64,000 bases of DNA from Candidatus Latescibacterota bacterium (GTDB lineage: Bacteria > Latescibacterota > UBA2968). The translations under genes and the position numbers were made by a program. The notes beneath the pieces were generated by a model. The model saw only the letters and a program-made list of their open reading frames with translations, was not told the DNA's origin and ran no database searches. The DNA is taken from the NCBI GenBank assembly GCA_965116885.1, contig OZ220741.1, positions 4,480,001 through 4,544,000 on the forward strand. The letters run 5' to 3'. This document shows, piece by piece, positions 18,401-26,893 of this stretch (the first letter of the stretch is position 1; every line of letters starts with the position of its first letter).

Positions 18401-19518
18401 AAGTTATGCCTGAAGATGGCGTAGTAGATATCCAGGTGGACCGTCCGCGTCTGTATTCTGTTTCGGGCGTGGTGTCGCTAACTGGTGTCCCCATAGAAAG
18501 GCTGACAGTCAGCTCCTTTGCCCTATTTATTGGATCGGAATCCAAAATTAAAACCAGCCGTACAGATGCAAATGGCGCGTATCGCCTGGAAGGTTTGGAG
18601 TCGGGTAAGCATCTCATCAGGGTGAACGCACTTGACCGGGTAAAAAGAGATGGGCGGATGGTCACAATGAACCGCTCTATTCTATCTCGGAGGCTGGCGA
18701 TTGAAGACCGCGATGTGACACTGAATTTTGAACCCTTGAACGATGCGCGAATAACCGGTGTTGCAACTTACAACGGACAGACTGTTTCAGATGTTTATGT
18801 AGGGGCCTATGTTTTAACAGATGATCTCAGGAACTACGCCTCTCTCAGGAGCACAAAAACAAACCAAAAAGGACAGTTTGAAGTCCGAGATCTGCCTTCT
18901 GCACGGATTGCCCTTTCTTTTACCAAATGGGATCGTCCCTTTGGTAGTATGCTCTGGAGCAAGGTCGATACGGTTGATCTGAGAAAAAAGAAAGAATTAA
19001 ATTATATGGAAAATTTGGCTATGCTGGCAGAACGGGATATGCAAAATCACCTGAACACACACGGGCTCGGGACGTTGCGCGTGTGGGATAAGGCACCCGA
19101 TTTTGAGGCTAAGCGACTGGATGGATCAACATTCCGATTATCAGATTATCGCGGTAAAAAAGCTGTGTTGATCGATTTTTGGGCAACGTGGTGTGGTCCG
19201 TGCATCAAGGAAATTCCGACGATCAAAAGAATTGCCGAAACCTACAGCGGTCAGGGATTGGAAGTTGTGGGCGTGAGTTTGGACCGGGATGAGAAGGCAC
19301 TGCGAGATTTTGTGCAAAAAGAAAAGCTGAGCTATATGCAGGTATATGGTCGGGAAAAATCACAGGAGATAACAAAATCCTACGGCGTATGGGGGATTCC
19401 GTCGGTATTTCTGGTAGATAAAAATGGCTTCATCAATGCGATAAATTTGCGTGGCGAACGCACAGAAGCGGCTGTGAAGGCATTATTGACCAATGGGCCT
19501 ATTCCAGCTAAAAACTGA
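15409..19518 (+). CDS. BlaR1-like M56 metallopeptidase fused to beta-propeller, carboxypeptidase-regulatory-like repeats and C-terminal TlpA thioredoxin
   Basis: HELIH zinc motif, WFNP, EQACDD; GLIHNRVYNVEADPKGGVWIAT propeller blade; SGRVLD/TTDADGKF repeats; DFWATWCGPC; ATGA overlap with blaI. Confidence 0.9.
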   Translation: MIDTAILDPITLFLLDATIKTTLFMGLVLCVVWLLGTRQAAKRSLLLSWCLVGVLIIPIASLCMPSLRFQFHAPSPSSEPTPSTAQPAIVPDTPLVKSTPALQQRVPDKALSQNIELSQDFASPPPAQIVFEKNAETESVNWTTYILNKITSAHALYGVMAVYVIGVLILLIRIIYSLIIVCTFRRSLSPCEDEQLQHDLQILKKQLGIRRSVALSISDKISSPTQVGLLKPIVVLPAPMVESRDQLESILIHELIHVKRWDCLYRLLAMVGLAFYWFNPLYHRVKHLLFEVQEQACDDWTVTTTGNSESYADTLLNVATQLRPRPAMVLGMDMARPTQVMERVNRIITLGGHVSPRVGRVSALVLAVVFIGGATTIGSLTTAKFDNNDKKIVFEDGVAVTDTSDVSQRTLPMKMRDGRLWWRGENGLYLQDEDSWQKFTLPEGGAFTSIRAFKQARNNSIWFAGIYKSRPVIANFDGKTWRIWDSKTTGLGKITVGYKFAEDDDGGIWIAQGHEKSVRTRGGNDRVQGGNGILHFDGETWHNYTVEDGLIHNRVYNVEADPKGGVWIATYRGLSHYKDGKWTSHIVDSVPVEGVRNGNIYEGRKTYKLFYDREGTLWATRGSLFGRTIMRSRPTLSSFDGETWTHYDAHVGLPIRASRYIWQTENGDLWFGTHRDDQRDVEAKGLVRYKDGMWLRLTRKHGIPGDFVWGLVEKGDGSFYLGVSSIIPAGTSMSTIWKLSGTASYRPPTDHLTTVSGKVIDQRDGKPVANMGIWVEYGDGEVHAGTTTDENGRYRVEVTPGVYRVRIASKNAAEPVSVDAESEREIDKVDLLLLNARRISGRVLDTSNNPVANAVVVISDDSSEDQRLSPQVVTTDADGKFEGYQVAGPQATFDIAAEEYAQTTREVKNAIEGQVVINLKKGMTLRGRVVDDLGNPIAWARIGLGPAPDPTGKKVYLLPPLPFQRNTYTDASGLFTLNDVEGGHIWINHPEIGIVSQEVMPEDGVVDIQVDRPRLYSVSGVVSLTGVPIERLTVSSFALFIGSESKIKTSRTDANGAYRLEGLESGKHLIRVNALDRVKRDGRMVTMNRSILSRRLAIEDRDVTLNFEPLNDARITGVATYNGQTVSDVYVGAYVLTDDLRNYASLRSTKTNQKGQFEVRDLPSARIALSFTKWDRPFGSMLWSKVDTVDLRKKKELNYMENLAMLAERDMQNHLNTHGLGTLRVWDKAPDFEAKRLDGSTFRLSDYRGKKAVLIDFWATWCGPCIKEIPTIKRIAETYSGQGLEVVGVSLDRDEKALRDFVQKEKLSYMQVYGREKSQEITKSYGVWGIPSVFLVDKNGFINAINLRGERTEAAVKALLTNGPIPAKN
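18741..19490 (+). repeat. Copy 2 of the long diverged direct repeat
   Basis: See 14097-14810. Confidence 0.9.
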
Positions 19519-19553
19519 ACTGACGCAAACCGTTCACTGTATTGGGAAAAAAG

Positions 19554-21941
19554 ATGAGAATGCGCTTCACCATTTATATCGGATTGATCGCGTTGATCAG
19601 TCTCTTTAGTGCCAACTCGTCCAGGGGCGCGACGACAATAGACTCGTTGTTTCACGCGGCAGAGCAGCAAGTCGGCAAGGTGAGTCTAAAGGAAAGCATT
19701 GCGACATTTCGCGACATTCTTTCACGCGATGATGCGTATGCCCCTGCGTACAACGCATTGGCTAACCTCTATTTACAAGCCAACACCGTGAATGACCGCC
19801 AGCGCGCAATGCGGATGATACAGCATGCGATCGCAAGTGATCCCGACAATACTGAATACCGGCTGACACGCGGAAAAATCTGGTGGGCACAGGGCTTTCA
19901 ATCACGGGCATTGAACCAATACGAAAATGTGAGCGAAAAACATCCGGACAATACAGAAGCCCTCAATAGTGCGGGTATGTATTGGATATATGATTTTCTG
20001 GCACAAACTGATAGAAGGAGCCAATATCATTCAAAAGATTTCAAGATATTTGCCCAAGAAGCCAAACGAGAAGCAGAAAAAACGCTGAGAAAAAGCATCC
20101 AATTGGATGCGATGAATCAGAAATCTTATTATTTGTTAGGCATACTCTACTTTGAAGATGAGGATTGGCGTTCCTTTCAAGCCTTGATGCAAGATCTCCA
20201 CGCCCAATATCCAGATGACAAAAATGTGTTGCTATTTTGCGGCCTTGCTCACTATCAGCTTGGTGAATACAATGAATCGCATGAATACTATCAGCACGCT
20301 TATGACTTGATGAGTGTTGAAGAGCGCGAGTTGCTCGAATCTATTGATCTGCTTGTCCTTAAAGAAGATCATGCACCCCGCGATACGATGCAGACGATTG
20401 ATGAGTTATTGGAACGCGAGATGTTTTGGAAGAGCCAGGACCCGCTCTATTTATCAGACTTTAACGAAAGGAAAATGGAACACTTTGGTCGCATGGCTTA
20501 TTCAAATCTGCGGTTTAAACGATTTTCTGCTAATGTCGAGGGGTGGCAGACGGACATGGGAAAGACCTATATCAAATTTGGAAGATATAGACGACGGATA
20601 TCCGGTTATGGCAATTGTGGAAAGACTGCTAATTTGATAGAAACCTGGTTTTACGAAACTTTCAAGATCGAATTTTGTGGTGATGGTACTGATCGTTGGA
20701 GTTTTGGTGGCGGTGATGAGGTCGGCGGTGTCAGTTTTATTCCCCCAGATGGTAGTCTCTTTGACTACTGGGACGAAGGACCTGAAAATGCTTTTAGACA
20801 GCGAACATTTTCTTCTCCCAGTACACCTCAAGAAGCCTCACATCACACCTTCCGAAAAATAGCCCAACGCTTTGTCGATCCGTATTTGAAACGAAAATAC
20901 ACCCTCCCCTATCAGGTCGCCGCCTTTGAAGAACGAGACAGCGTACGCGTGGAACTCAGTTATATGATTCCCAAAAACCGCTTAGAATCAAATTCCGAAA
21001 CTGGCGAAGTGAGCTTCTGGGATGGCGTATTCTTATTCGATGAACACTGGAATGACGTGTATAATTACCGCAAATCTGTGAGTTTCAAACGCAAACCCGA
21101 GAGTTACACAGTGTCGCCTCAGAAGCCGACCCAAAATGCCGCCGCGCAGCATCGCAATGATCACTTGCTGGTCTCGCGCATGTTATCCGTCTCTCAAGGC
21201 AACTATCATTTTTCAGTAGAATTATTGGATCAGACATCTGGCGCAATTGGTATCGCACGCGATAAAGAACAGTATGTCTATGACGATGAGACCTTTCATT
21301 TGAGTGATCTATTGGTCGGCAGCAATATTCAAGCAAGGCGTATGTTGCCAGAAGGTCGCGACGACCTGATCATCACACCTAACCCTGTCCGTACATTTTC
21401 AACATCTGAATCGGTCTTTATCTATCTGGAACTGTACGATCTCAAACGCGACAATTTTGGCAGCACGCAGTATGAGATTTCCTACACCATCGGCAAGCCA
21501 GAGGTGGATACACTATCGCCCACATTATTCGCGTCTCAAGATCTGATTGATACGATGGGTAAAACGGAGATTGATCTGCGGAGTGGACAAGGATACTACA
21601 TCGCTTCCGAGGGTTTGCTGACCGGGCAATCGCAGGATATCGATGAGACCGGTAGCGTATTCGCAGATAGCGATATATGGGGAGAGACGAAGGTTTATAC
21701 GAGTGGTGGGCAGGTCCATCACATCGCCGCTGAGGACTTGAAGATCGAGCGATCAAAAGATGGCGATTTGACGCGCACCGTGACAGCGGATTACGAAGGC
21801 AATCGAGAAAATGATTTCACGTATTTGCAGATTGATGTGAACCAGGTGCCCGAAGGGATTTATCAATTGACGGTGCTGGCGAAGGACAAGCGGACGGATC
21901 AGACGGACAGGAAATACGTCTATTTTCGCATTGTAGAGTAA
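19554..21941 (+). CDS. Secreted TPR plus GWxTD domain protein
   Basis: Signal peptide; TPR-like helices; FWKSQDP...NERKMEH...EGWQTDMGKTYIKFG. Confidence 0.88.
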   Translation: MRMRFTIYIGLIALISLFSANSSRGATTIDSLFHAAEQQVGKVSLKESIATFRDILSRDDAYAPAYNALANLYLQANTVNDRQRAMRMIQHAIASDPDNTEYRLTRGKIWWAQGFQSRALNQYENVSEKHPDNTEALNSAGMYWIYDFLAQTDRRSQYHSKDFKIFAQEAKREAEKTLRKSIQLDAMNQKSYYLLGILYFEDEDWRSFQALMQDLHAQYPDDKNVLLFCGLAHYQLGEYNESHEYYQHAYDLMSVEERELLESIDLLVLKEDHAPRDTMQTIDELLEREMFWKSQDPLYLSDFNERKMEHFGRMAYSNLRFKRFSANVEGWQTDMGKTYIKFGRYRRRISGYGNCGKTANLIETWFYETFKIEFCGDGTDRWSFGGGDEVGGVSFIPPDGSLFDYWDEGPENAFRQRTFSSPSTPQEASHHTFRKIAQRFVDPYLKRKYTLPYQVAAFEERDSVRVELSYMIPKNRLESNSETGEVSFWDGVFLFDEHWNDVYNYRKSVSFKRKPESYTVSPQKPTQNAAAQHRNDHLLVSRMLSVSQGNYHFSVELLDQTSGAIGIARDKEQYVYDDETFHLSDLLVGSNIQARRMLPEGRDDLIITPNPVRTFSTSESVFIYLELYDLKRDNFGSTQYEISYTIGKPEVDTLSPTLFASQDLIDTMGKTEIDLRSGQGYYIASEGLLTGQSQDIDETGSVFADSDIWGETKVYTSGGQVHHIAAEDLKIERSKDGDLTRTVTADYEGNRENDFTYLQIDVNQVPEGIYQLTVLAKDKRTDQTDRKYVYFRIVE

Positions 21942-21998
21942 ATGCATAACGCTTCTCGGTTCGACAAAAACGGATAATTTCACTCTCTTACTACCCGA

Positions 21999-22382
21999 TC
22001 AATATCTTGCTCTGAGAAATTTTAACGTTTGGATCTGTCGAAAATGCCTTTCATTTTTGCTAACAAGCGTCAGATCATGCTCAATGGCAGTAGCTGCGAT
22101 TAATGCATCCATAATCGTCAATCCATGAGATAACGCATGGTCTATTAAGAGATTGTACCCCCCGATACCAGTGCTTCTATGTAGCTCTCTGATTGTGTAG
22201 TGAGCAATAAAGTCTTCAATCGCAAGCTGATCTCGTTTATCTCTTGCTCCAACGATAAGTTCTGTCGCAGAAATCCGACTGATGGAAATTGTCCCTATGA
22301 GACCGGCGAGAAAATTAACAGCATTGGTGCTCCCTTTGGAAACATCAATCAAGACATCGGTATCAATCAGAAATTCACTCAT
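21999..22382 (-). CDS. vapC: VapC-family PIN-domain toxin
   Basis: LIDTDVLID, ISATEL, DALIAATA, SKNERHF. Confidence 0.9.
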   Translation of the reverse strand: MSEFLIDTDVLIDVSKGSTNAVNFLAGLIGTISISRISATELIVGARDKRDQLAIEDFIAHYTIRELHRSTGIGGYNLLIDHALSHGLTIMDALIAATAIEHDLTLVSKNERHFRQIQTLKFLRARY

Positions 22383-22603
22383 TTCTCATACCTGTGCTGA
22401 TCGCGAAGGTTACGAACATAAGAGATACCATCTGAAATGTCTTCTCGATCTTTCCAGAGACCAAAAAATGAAAATGACTTCATCGCTTCCACTTTGTCCG
22501 CTTCTTGAATATGGACCTCTCCTGTGACTCCTTCATCAATTTCTCTCAGTGTTTCAAGCGGTATGAAGACACCGTTTTCATATTTTACAGGAATTGATCG
22601 CAT
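22379..22603 (-). CDS. Putative antitoxin (DUF104/AF2212-like)
   Basis: VKYENGVFIPL; FFGLWKDRED...YVRNLR; 4-nt overlap with vapC; AGGAG RBS. Confidence 0.78.
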   Translation of the reverse strand: MRSIPVKYENGVFIPLETLREIDEGVTGEVHIQEADKVEAMKSFSFFGLWKDREDISDGISYVRNLRDQHRYEK

Positions 22604-22672
22604 AGTAAACGCTCCTCTTATTTTAATTGAAAACACCCCCATCGCTATCCAATTTACGCTATCCTTAAAAGA

Positions 22673-22701
22673 AATTTACTTAGCTTTGAGAAATAGGTCA
22701 A
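22673..22701 (-). promoter_or_regulatory. TA operon promoter
   Basis: TTGACC-17 nt-TAAATT; GGATAGCG direct repeat just downstream (22643-22664). Confidence 0.55.
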
Positions 22702-22710
22702 GGGCTTGCC

Positions 22711-23877
22711 TTACCCCACCCGCTCTGCGCCATTGACCGCTGAACAAACGTAAATCTCAGGCGTCAAACCAGTCGTTTTGGGATACCGCTCATTCACCGC
22801 ATCTGCCAGTGCTGGCACAGCATCCCGTTCAACGATATTCACAGTACATCCCCCAAAGCCCGCACCAGTCATCCGCGCACCGAGCACTCCCGGAATATTT
22901 AGAGCGATTTCGACCAGCAGATCGAGTTCTTTCCCGCTCACCTCGTAATCATCTCGCAAACTCTCGTGGGATGCGACCATCAACTGTCCAAATCCCGACA
23001 AATCCCCTTTTTTGAGCAATGCAACCGCCCGTTGCGTGCGTTCATTCTCCGTTATCACATGGCGACATCGCTTCAGAACAGTCTCCGATAGTGCATCACC
23101 GTAAACATCCAGCATCTCCGTCGACACATCGCGCAGTGCCCTTAAATCTGCTCCCATCGCTCCTGCGAGAAGCGAAACCCCACTTTCACACGCAGACCGC
23201 CGATCATTATATGCCGAATCCGTCAGCCCGCGCGTCACGCCCGAGTTGCAAATCACAATCTGAATATCGTCGCCAAAAAGAGGAACAAGCTCAAACGAAA
23301 GATCGCGGCAATCGAGAAACAGCGCGTGACCTGCCCGGCCATTTGCCGAGATAAACTGATCCATAATTCCGCAATTAACACCCACAAAATGATTCTCTGC
23401 GCGCTGTCCCAAAAGAGCCAGATCAGGCTCGCTTATTTCAATGCCATTTAACACAACGATCCCCTTCCCAACCGCCATCTCCACAGCAGCCGAACTGCTC
23501 AGTCCCGCCCCCATAGGCACATTGCCCACAATCGCCGCATCAAAACCACACAGCGAATACTCGAGCTTTTGAAACTCGCGCACCACGCCCTTTGGATAAT
23601 CTGCCCAATTGCCCTGTGCCTCCAACACATCATCGGCTCGAAACTCAGCCACCTCTTCGTGCATCGCCGAGTAAATCTGCACCCGCGAATCAACTCTCGA
23701 CCGTGCCACAACAACCACCCAGCGGTCAATCGCTGTGGGAAACACAAAGCCCGCATTGTAATCCGTGTGTTCCCCAATCAAATTGACGCGCCCAGGTGCC
23801 TGCACGGTGACATCCGCCTGCCCCTCAAAAACCGACGCAAAAGCATCTCGCGCCTGTGTAATAATCGAATACAACAT
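22711..23877 (-). CDS. galK: Galactokinase
   Basis: APGRVNLIGEHTDYN, GAGLSSSAA, CGIMDQ, GARMTGAGFGGC. Confidence 0.97.
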   Translation of the reverse strand: MLYSIITQARDAFASVFEGQADVTVQAPGRVNLIGEHTDYNAGFVFPTAIDRWVVVVARSRVDSRVQIYSAMHEEVAEFRADDVLEAQGNWADYPKGVVREFQKLEYSLCGFDAAIVGNVPMGAGLSSSAAVEMAVGKGIVVLNGIEISEPDLALLGQRAENHFVGVNCGIMDQFISANGRAGHALFLDCRDLSFELVPLFGDDIQIVICNSGVTRGLTDSAYNDRRSACESGVSLLAGAMGADLRALRDVSTEMLDVYGDALSETVLKRCRHVITENERTQRAVALLKKGDLSGFGQLMVASHESLRDDYEVSGKELDLLVEIALNIPGVLGARMTGAGFGGCTVNIVERDAVPALADAVNERYPKTTGLTPEIYVCSAVNGAERVG

Positions 23878-23882
23878 TGAAA

Positions 23883-26039
23883 TTACCCCTTCTCGACTTT
23901 CCGCATCGCCCACCGGATCTCCTCTGCAGTCATATCCGGATCTGAGGGATTGATGAGATTGCCAAAAATATCTGCCCCCACCACATGCTTTCGCAAATTA
24001 GGTCCCCGCAAAAGCGACGTAATGTGAATTTGCATGTGATAGCCGCGATCCACGCCATCTGTCGGTGCTTGCATCAATGCCAGACTATAGTGATACGGCG
24101 CACCAAACAACTCGTCTAACCCACCGAGAACATCGCGCAACCCCACTGCCAGATCGCGACGACCTTCCCTTTCCAAATCCAGCAAACTCGCAGCGTGTGT
24201 CTTTGGCACAATGACCACATCATAGGGAAATTGAGCGGCAAACGGAACATAAGCCAACACATGGGGGCGATCAATGAGAATCCGCCGTCCATCCCCAGTT
24301 TCGACGCGATTGGCATCGCACACAAAACAGCGTCCCGTTTTCTCGCGATGGGATTCAAACATAGCCAATTGTGGTTTCACCATCAAATCTGGAATCTCGC
24401 AATACGCATAAACCTGTCCGTGCGGATGCGGTTGAGAATTGCCCATCACCGTGCCCCGGTTCTCAAAAATGAGCGGATACACAATCTCAGGTACCTTACC
24501 CAACCGACCGTAAATCTCTGCCCAGGCGTCAATCACCTGAATGAACGCGTCCAAAGACAGCGTTGACAAACGCTGTGTGTGATTCGGTGTATAGACCACA
24601 ACTTCGCACACACCCCGAGATGTGCGCGAGAGATAGGGGCCCAGTTGCGCCTGCGTTTGATAGGCGTCCAATACCAGCGTGGGAAAATCGTTTTCGAATG
24701 TCCATACACCCTTGTAATTGGGATTTACATCGCCCGTCGCGCGCGTATTCCCGGGGCAGAGGTAGCATTCGGGATCATAAGCCTTATCAGCTACTCCCTC
24801 CATAAGCTGCGTTTCTCCGCGCCAGGGTCTGTCTGCGCGATGGGCGGCGATATTGACCCACCGATTCCAAAAAGGATTGAACCGCTCCTCCTGCACAACC
24901 CGATGCCCTTGAGGATGAAGGCGATGCCAGTGCCAGGCGGACTCTATGGTCTCGTGTAGCGATTCCTTCGCAACCCATCCCATATCGCGCTGAATGCGAC
25001 TCGCATCGGCAATAAGCGTTGCGGGATCGCCACTTCGTCGCGGTCCAATCGTTTCGGGAATCGCCTGGCCAGTCACCTCGCGCGCGACTTCCAAAATCTC
25101 ACGCACACTCACGCCCTGTCCGCTGCCGAGATTGTACGTCGCAGATCGGCCACCTGCCAACAACATATCCAGGCTCTTAATATGTGCATCGGCCAATTCC
25201 ACTACAGAAATATAATCTCGTACAGCCGTGCCATCGGGAGTTGCATAATCATCGCCAAATACTGTCATGTGTTCGCGCTGTCCCAAAGCCACTTGCAACA
25301 CAATGGGGATCAAATGCGTCTCGGGATCGTGATCTTCACCAATCAACCGCGAAGAATCGGCACCTGCGGCATTAAAATAGCGAAGAACAACATATCTTCT
25401 ACCAGCCTCTCGCTCGGCATGCCACAACATGCGTTCATCCATCATTTTCGTAATGCCATAAACATTCGTGGGAATTTTTAGTAGCGCGATATCTTCTTCG
25501 GAGAGTTTGAAAGCGATGTGTTTTTTATACCACCTCAAAAGTGTCTCAAAATCCACCGCAGCGGGCATTAACTGACTTTTCTCAAAGCCGCCATCAGCGA
25601 TCCAGTTCTGCTGATAATTTTCCTTCAAGGGAATGTGTTCTGCGCGGGGTTCCCCATACGTCGCCGCCGTAGATGATTTCACAATGGGCAATCCTTTGCC
25701 CACATTCAATAAATTCTGAAAAGCAATCACATTATTCTCAAAATATTTGAACGGCATATCTTGAGATTCTCCTACCAGCGTCCGAGCGGCAAAATCGATA
25801 ATGCCACAAAAATCGTGACCATCAAAAACAGAAGCCAGAGCACTGCGATCGAGCAAATTGACATGCTCGAAACAAAATTGCTCTGGCCCATACACCCGTT
25901 CAAACAGGGTGACAACTTCCCGGTGTCCCTTTGACAGGTCATCCAGCACCACAACCCGGCGGTGATCTTCCAACAAACGCCGCACCACATGACTGCCGAC
26001 ATAGCCTGCCCCTCCTGTCACCAAAACAGCATCCATCAT
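23883..26039 (-). CDS. galE-galT: Fused UDP-glucose 4-epimerase (GalE) and galactose-1-phosphate uridylyltransferase (GalT)
   Basis: TGGAGYVG, YGITK, LRYFNAAGA, RDYI, then HRADRPWRG, CYLCPGN, HPHGQ in one frame. Confidence 0.93.
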   Translation of the reverse strand: MMDAVLVTGGAGYVGSHVVRRLLEDHRRVVVLDDLSKGHREVVTLFERVYGPEQFCFEHVNLLDRSALASVFDGHDFCGIIDFAARTLVGESQDMPFKYFENNVIAFQNLLNVGKGLPIVKSSTAATYGEPRAEHIPLKENYQQNWIADGGFEKSQLMPAAVDFETLLRWYKKHIAFKLSEEDIALLKIPTNVYGITKMMDERMLWHAEREAGRRYVVLRYFNAAGADSSRLIGEDHDPETHLIPIVLQVALGQREHMTVFGDDYATPDGTAVRDYISVVELADAHIKSLDMLLAGGRSATYNLGSGQGVSVREILEVAREVTGQAIPETIGPRRSGDPATLIADASRIQRDMGWVAKESLHETIESAWHWHRLHPQGHRVVQEERFNPFWNRWVNIAAHRADRPWRGETQLMEGVADKAYDPECYLCPGNTRATGDVNPNYKGVWTFENDFPTLVLDAYQTQAQLGPYLSRTSRGVCEVVVYTPNHTQRLSTLSLDAFIQVIDAWAEIYGRLGKVPEIVYPLIFENRGTVMGNSQPHPHGQVYAYCEIPDLMVKPQLAMFESHREKTGRCFVCDANRVETGDGRRILIDRPHVLAYVPFAAQFPYDVVIVPKTHAASLLDLEREGRRDLAVGLRDVLGGLDELFGAPYHYSLALMQAPTDGVDRGYHMQIHITSLLRGPNLRKHVVGADIFGNLINPSDPDMTAEEIRWAMRKVEKG

Positions 26040-26154
26040 GCCTGCTCCTCTAAAAATCTGAGAAAACATCACCTTGTACACAAATATACACATTGAACAA
26101 GAAGAGACTGAACTATTTTCACAACGCGATATATACCTCGCATTTGTTTTGAAC

Positions 26155-26183
26155 TTGACATCTTGTCATAAAGGCCTTATTTT
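26155..26183 (+). promoter_or_regulatory. greA promoter
   Basis: TTGACA-17 nt-TATTTT. Confidence 0.7.
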
Positions 26184-26232
26184 CTACACATATAGACGAT
26201 ACATTGCCCTTTTATGTTAATGCTGTGTGTTA

Positions 26233-26284
26233 AAAAAGTCTATCTCGAAACCCAATATCGGCTTCCGAGATAGATTTTTCATTT
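26233..26284 (+). promoter_or_regulatory. greA leader hairpin/terminator (possible attenuator)
   Basis: AAAAGTCTATCTCG...CGAGATAGATTTTT between promoter and start codon. Confidence 0.6.
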
Positions 26285-26298
26285 CATGGGATAGTATT

Positions 26299-26772
26299 AT
26301 GAATCGCGTTTACCTGACCAAAAATGGGTATGAAAAAATCCGAACTGAGTTGATCCGTCTGCAAACCAAAGAACGACCAACTGTCATAGCGGCGATCAAA
26401 AAGGCACGCGAGTTTGGCGATCTGAGCGAAAACGCCGAATACCACGCAGCCAAAGAACGACAGGCATTCCTCGAAAAGAAAATTGTCGAATTGCAAGAAA
26501 AACTCACGAACTCGGAAATTATCGACGAAAGCCAAATCCCCAAAGACAAAGCCTATCTGGGTGCGACGGTCAAATTACAGGATAAAAAAAATGGCCGAGA
26601 AATGCAGTACACGCTGGTCACTGTAGAGGAAGCCGATTTTGATCAAAATAAAATATCGACAGCATCTCCCATTGGCAATGCTCTGTTGGGAAAACGCGTT
26701 GGCGAGGTTGTCGATGTACAGGTACCCGTTGGCGTACTCACTTACGAAATTCTCGATATTTCAAGAGACTGA
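26299..26772 (+). CDS. greA: Transcription elongation factor GreA
   Basis: AREFGDLSENAEYHAAKE; ISTASPIGNALLGK. Confidence 0.97.
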   Translation: MNRVYLTKNGYEKIRTELIRLQTKERPTVIAAIKKAREFGDLSENAEYHAAKERQAFLEKKIVELQEKLTNSEIIDESQIPKDKAYLGATVKLQDKKNGREMQYTLVTVEEADFDQNKISTASPIGNALLGKRVGEVVDVQVPVGVLTYEILDISRD

Positions 26773-26792
26773 ATTTTTCTTTTTTACAAATC

Positions 26793-26823
26793 AAAAGGCG
26801 ACATTATTAGTGTCGCCTTTTTT
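26793..26823 (+). terminator. greA terminator
   Basis: AAAAGGCGACA-TTATTAG-TGTCGCCTTTT-TT. Confidence 0.85.
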
Positions 26824-26836
26824 GTTTTTTAATAAC

Positions 26837-26876
26837 AAAAAAAAGGGCAAATCGACATCTGCCGATTTGCCCTTTT
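26837..26876 (-). terminator. Terminator of the ribosomal superoperon (after rplQ)
   Basis: AAAAGGGCAAATCG stem with 8-T tail on the minus strand. Confidence 0.85.
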
Positions 26877-26893
26877 AAAATGCATAGATACAG

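Noticed and set aside
14097..19490. Duplicated block as a diversity-generating retroelement TR/VR pair
   Set aside because: Mismatches involve all four bases and many third codon positions rather than adenines only; both copies are coding; no reverse transcriptase is present
15029..19518. Beta-lactam resistance locus (blaI/blaR1/blaZ)
   Set aside because: No penicillin-binding sensor domain or beta-lactamase is recognisable
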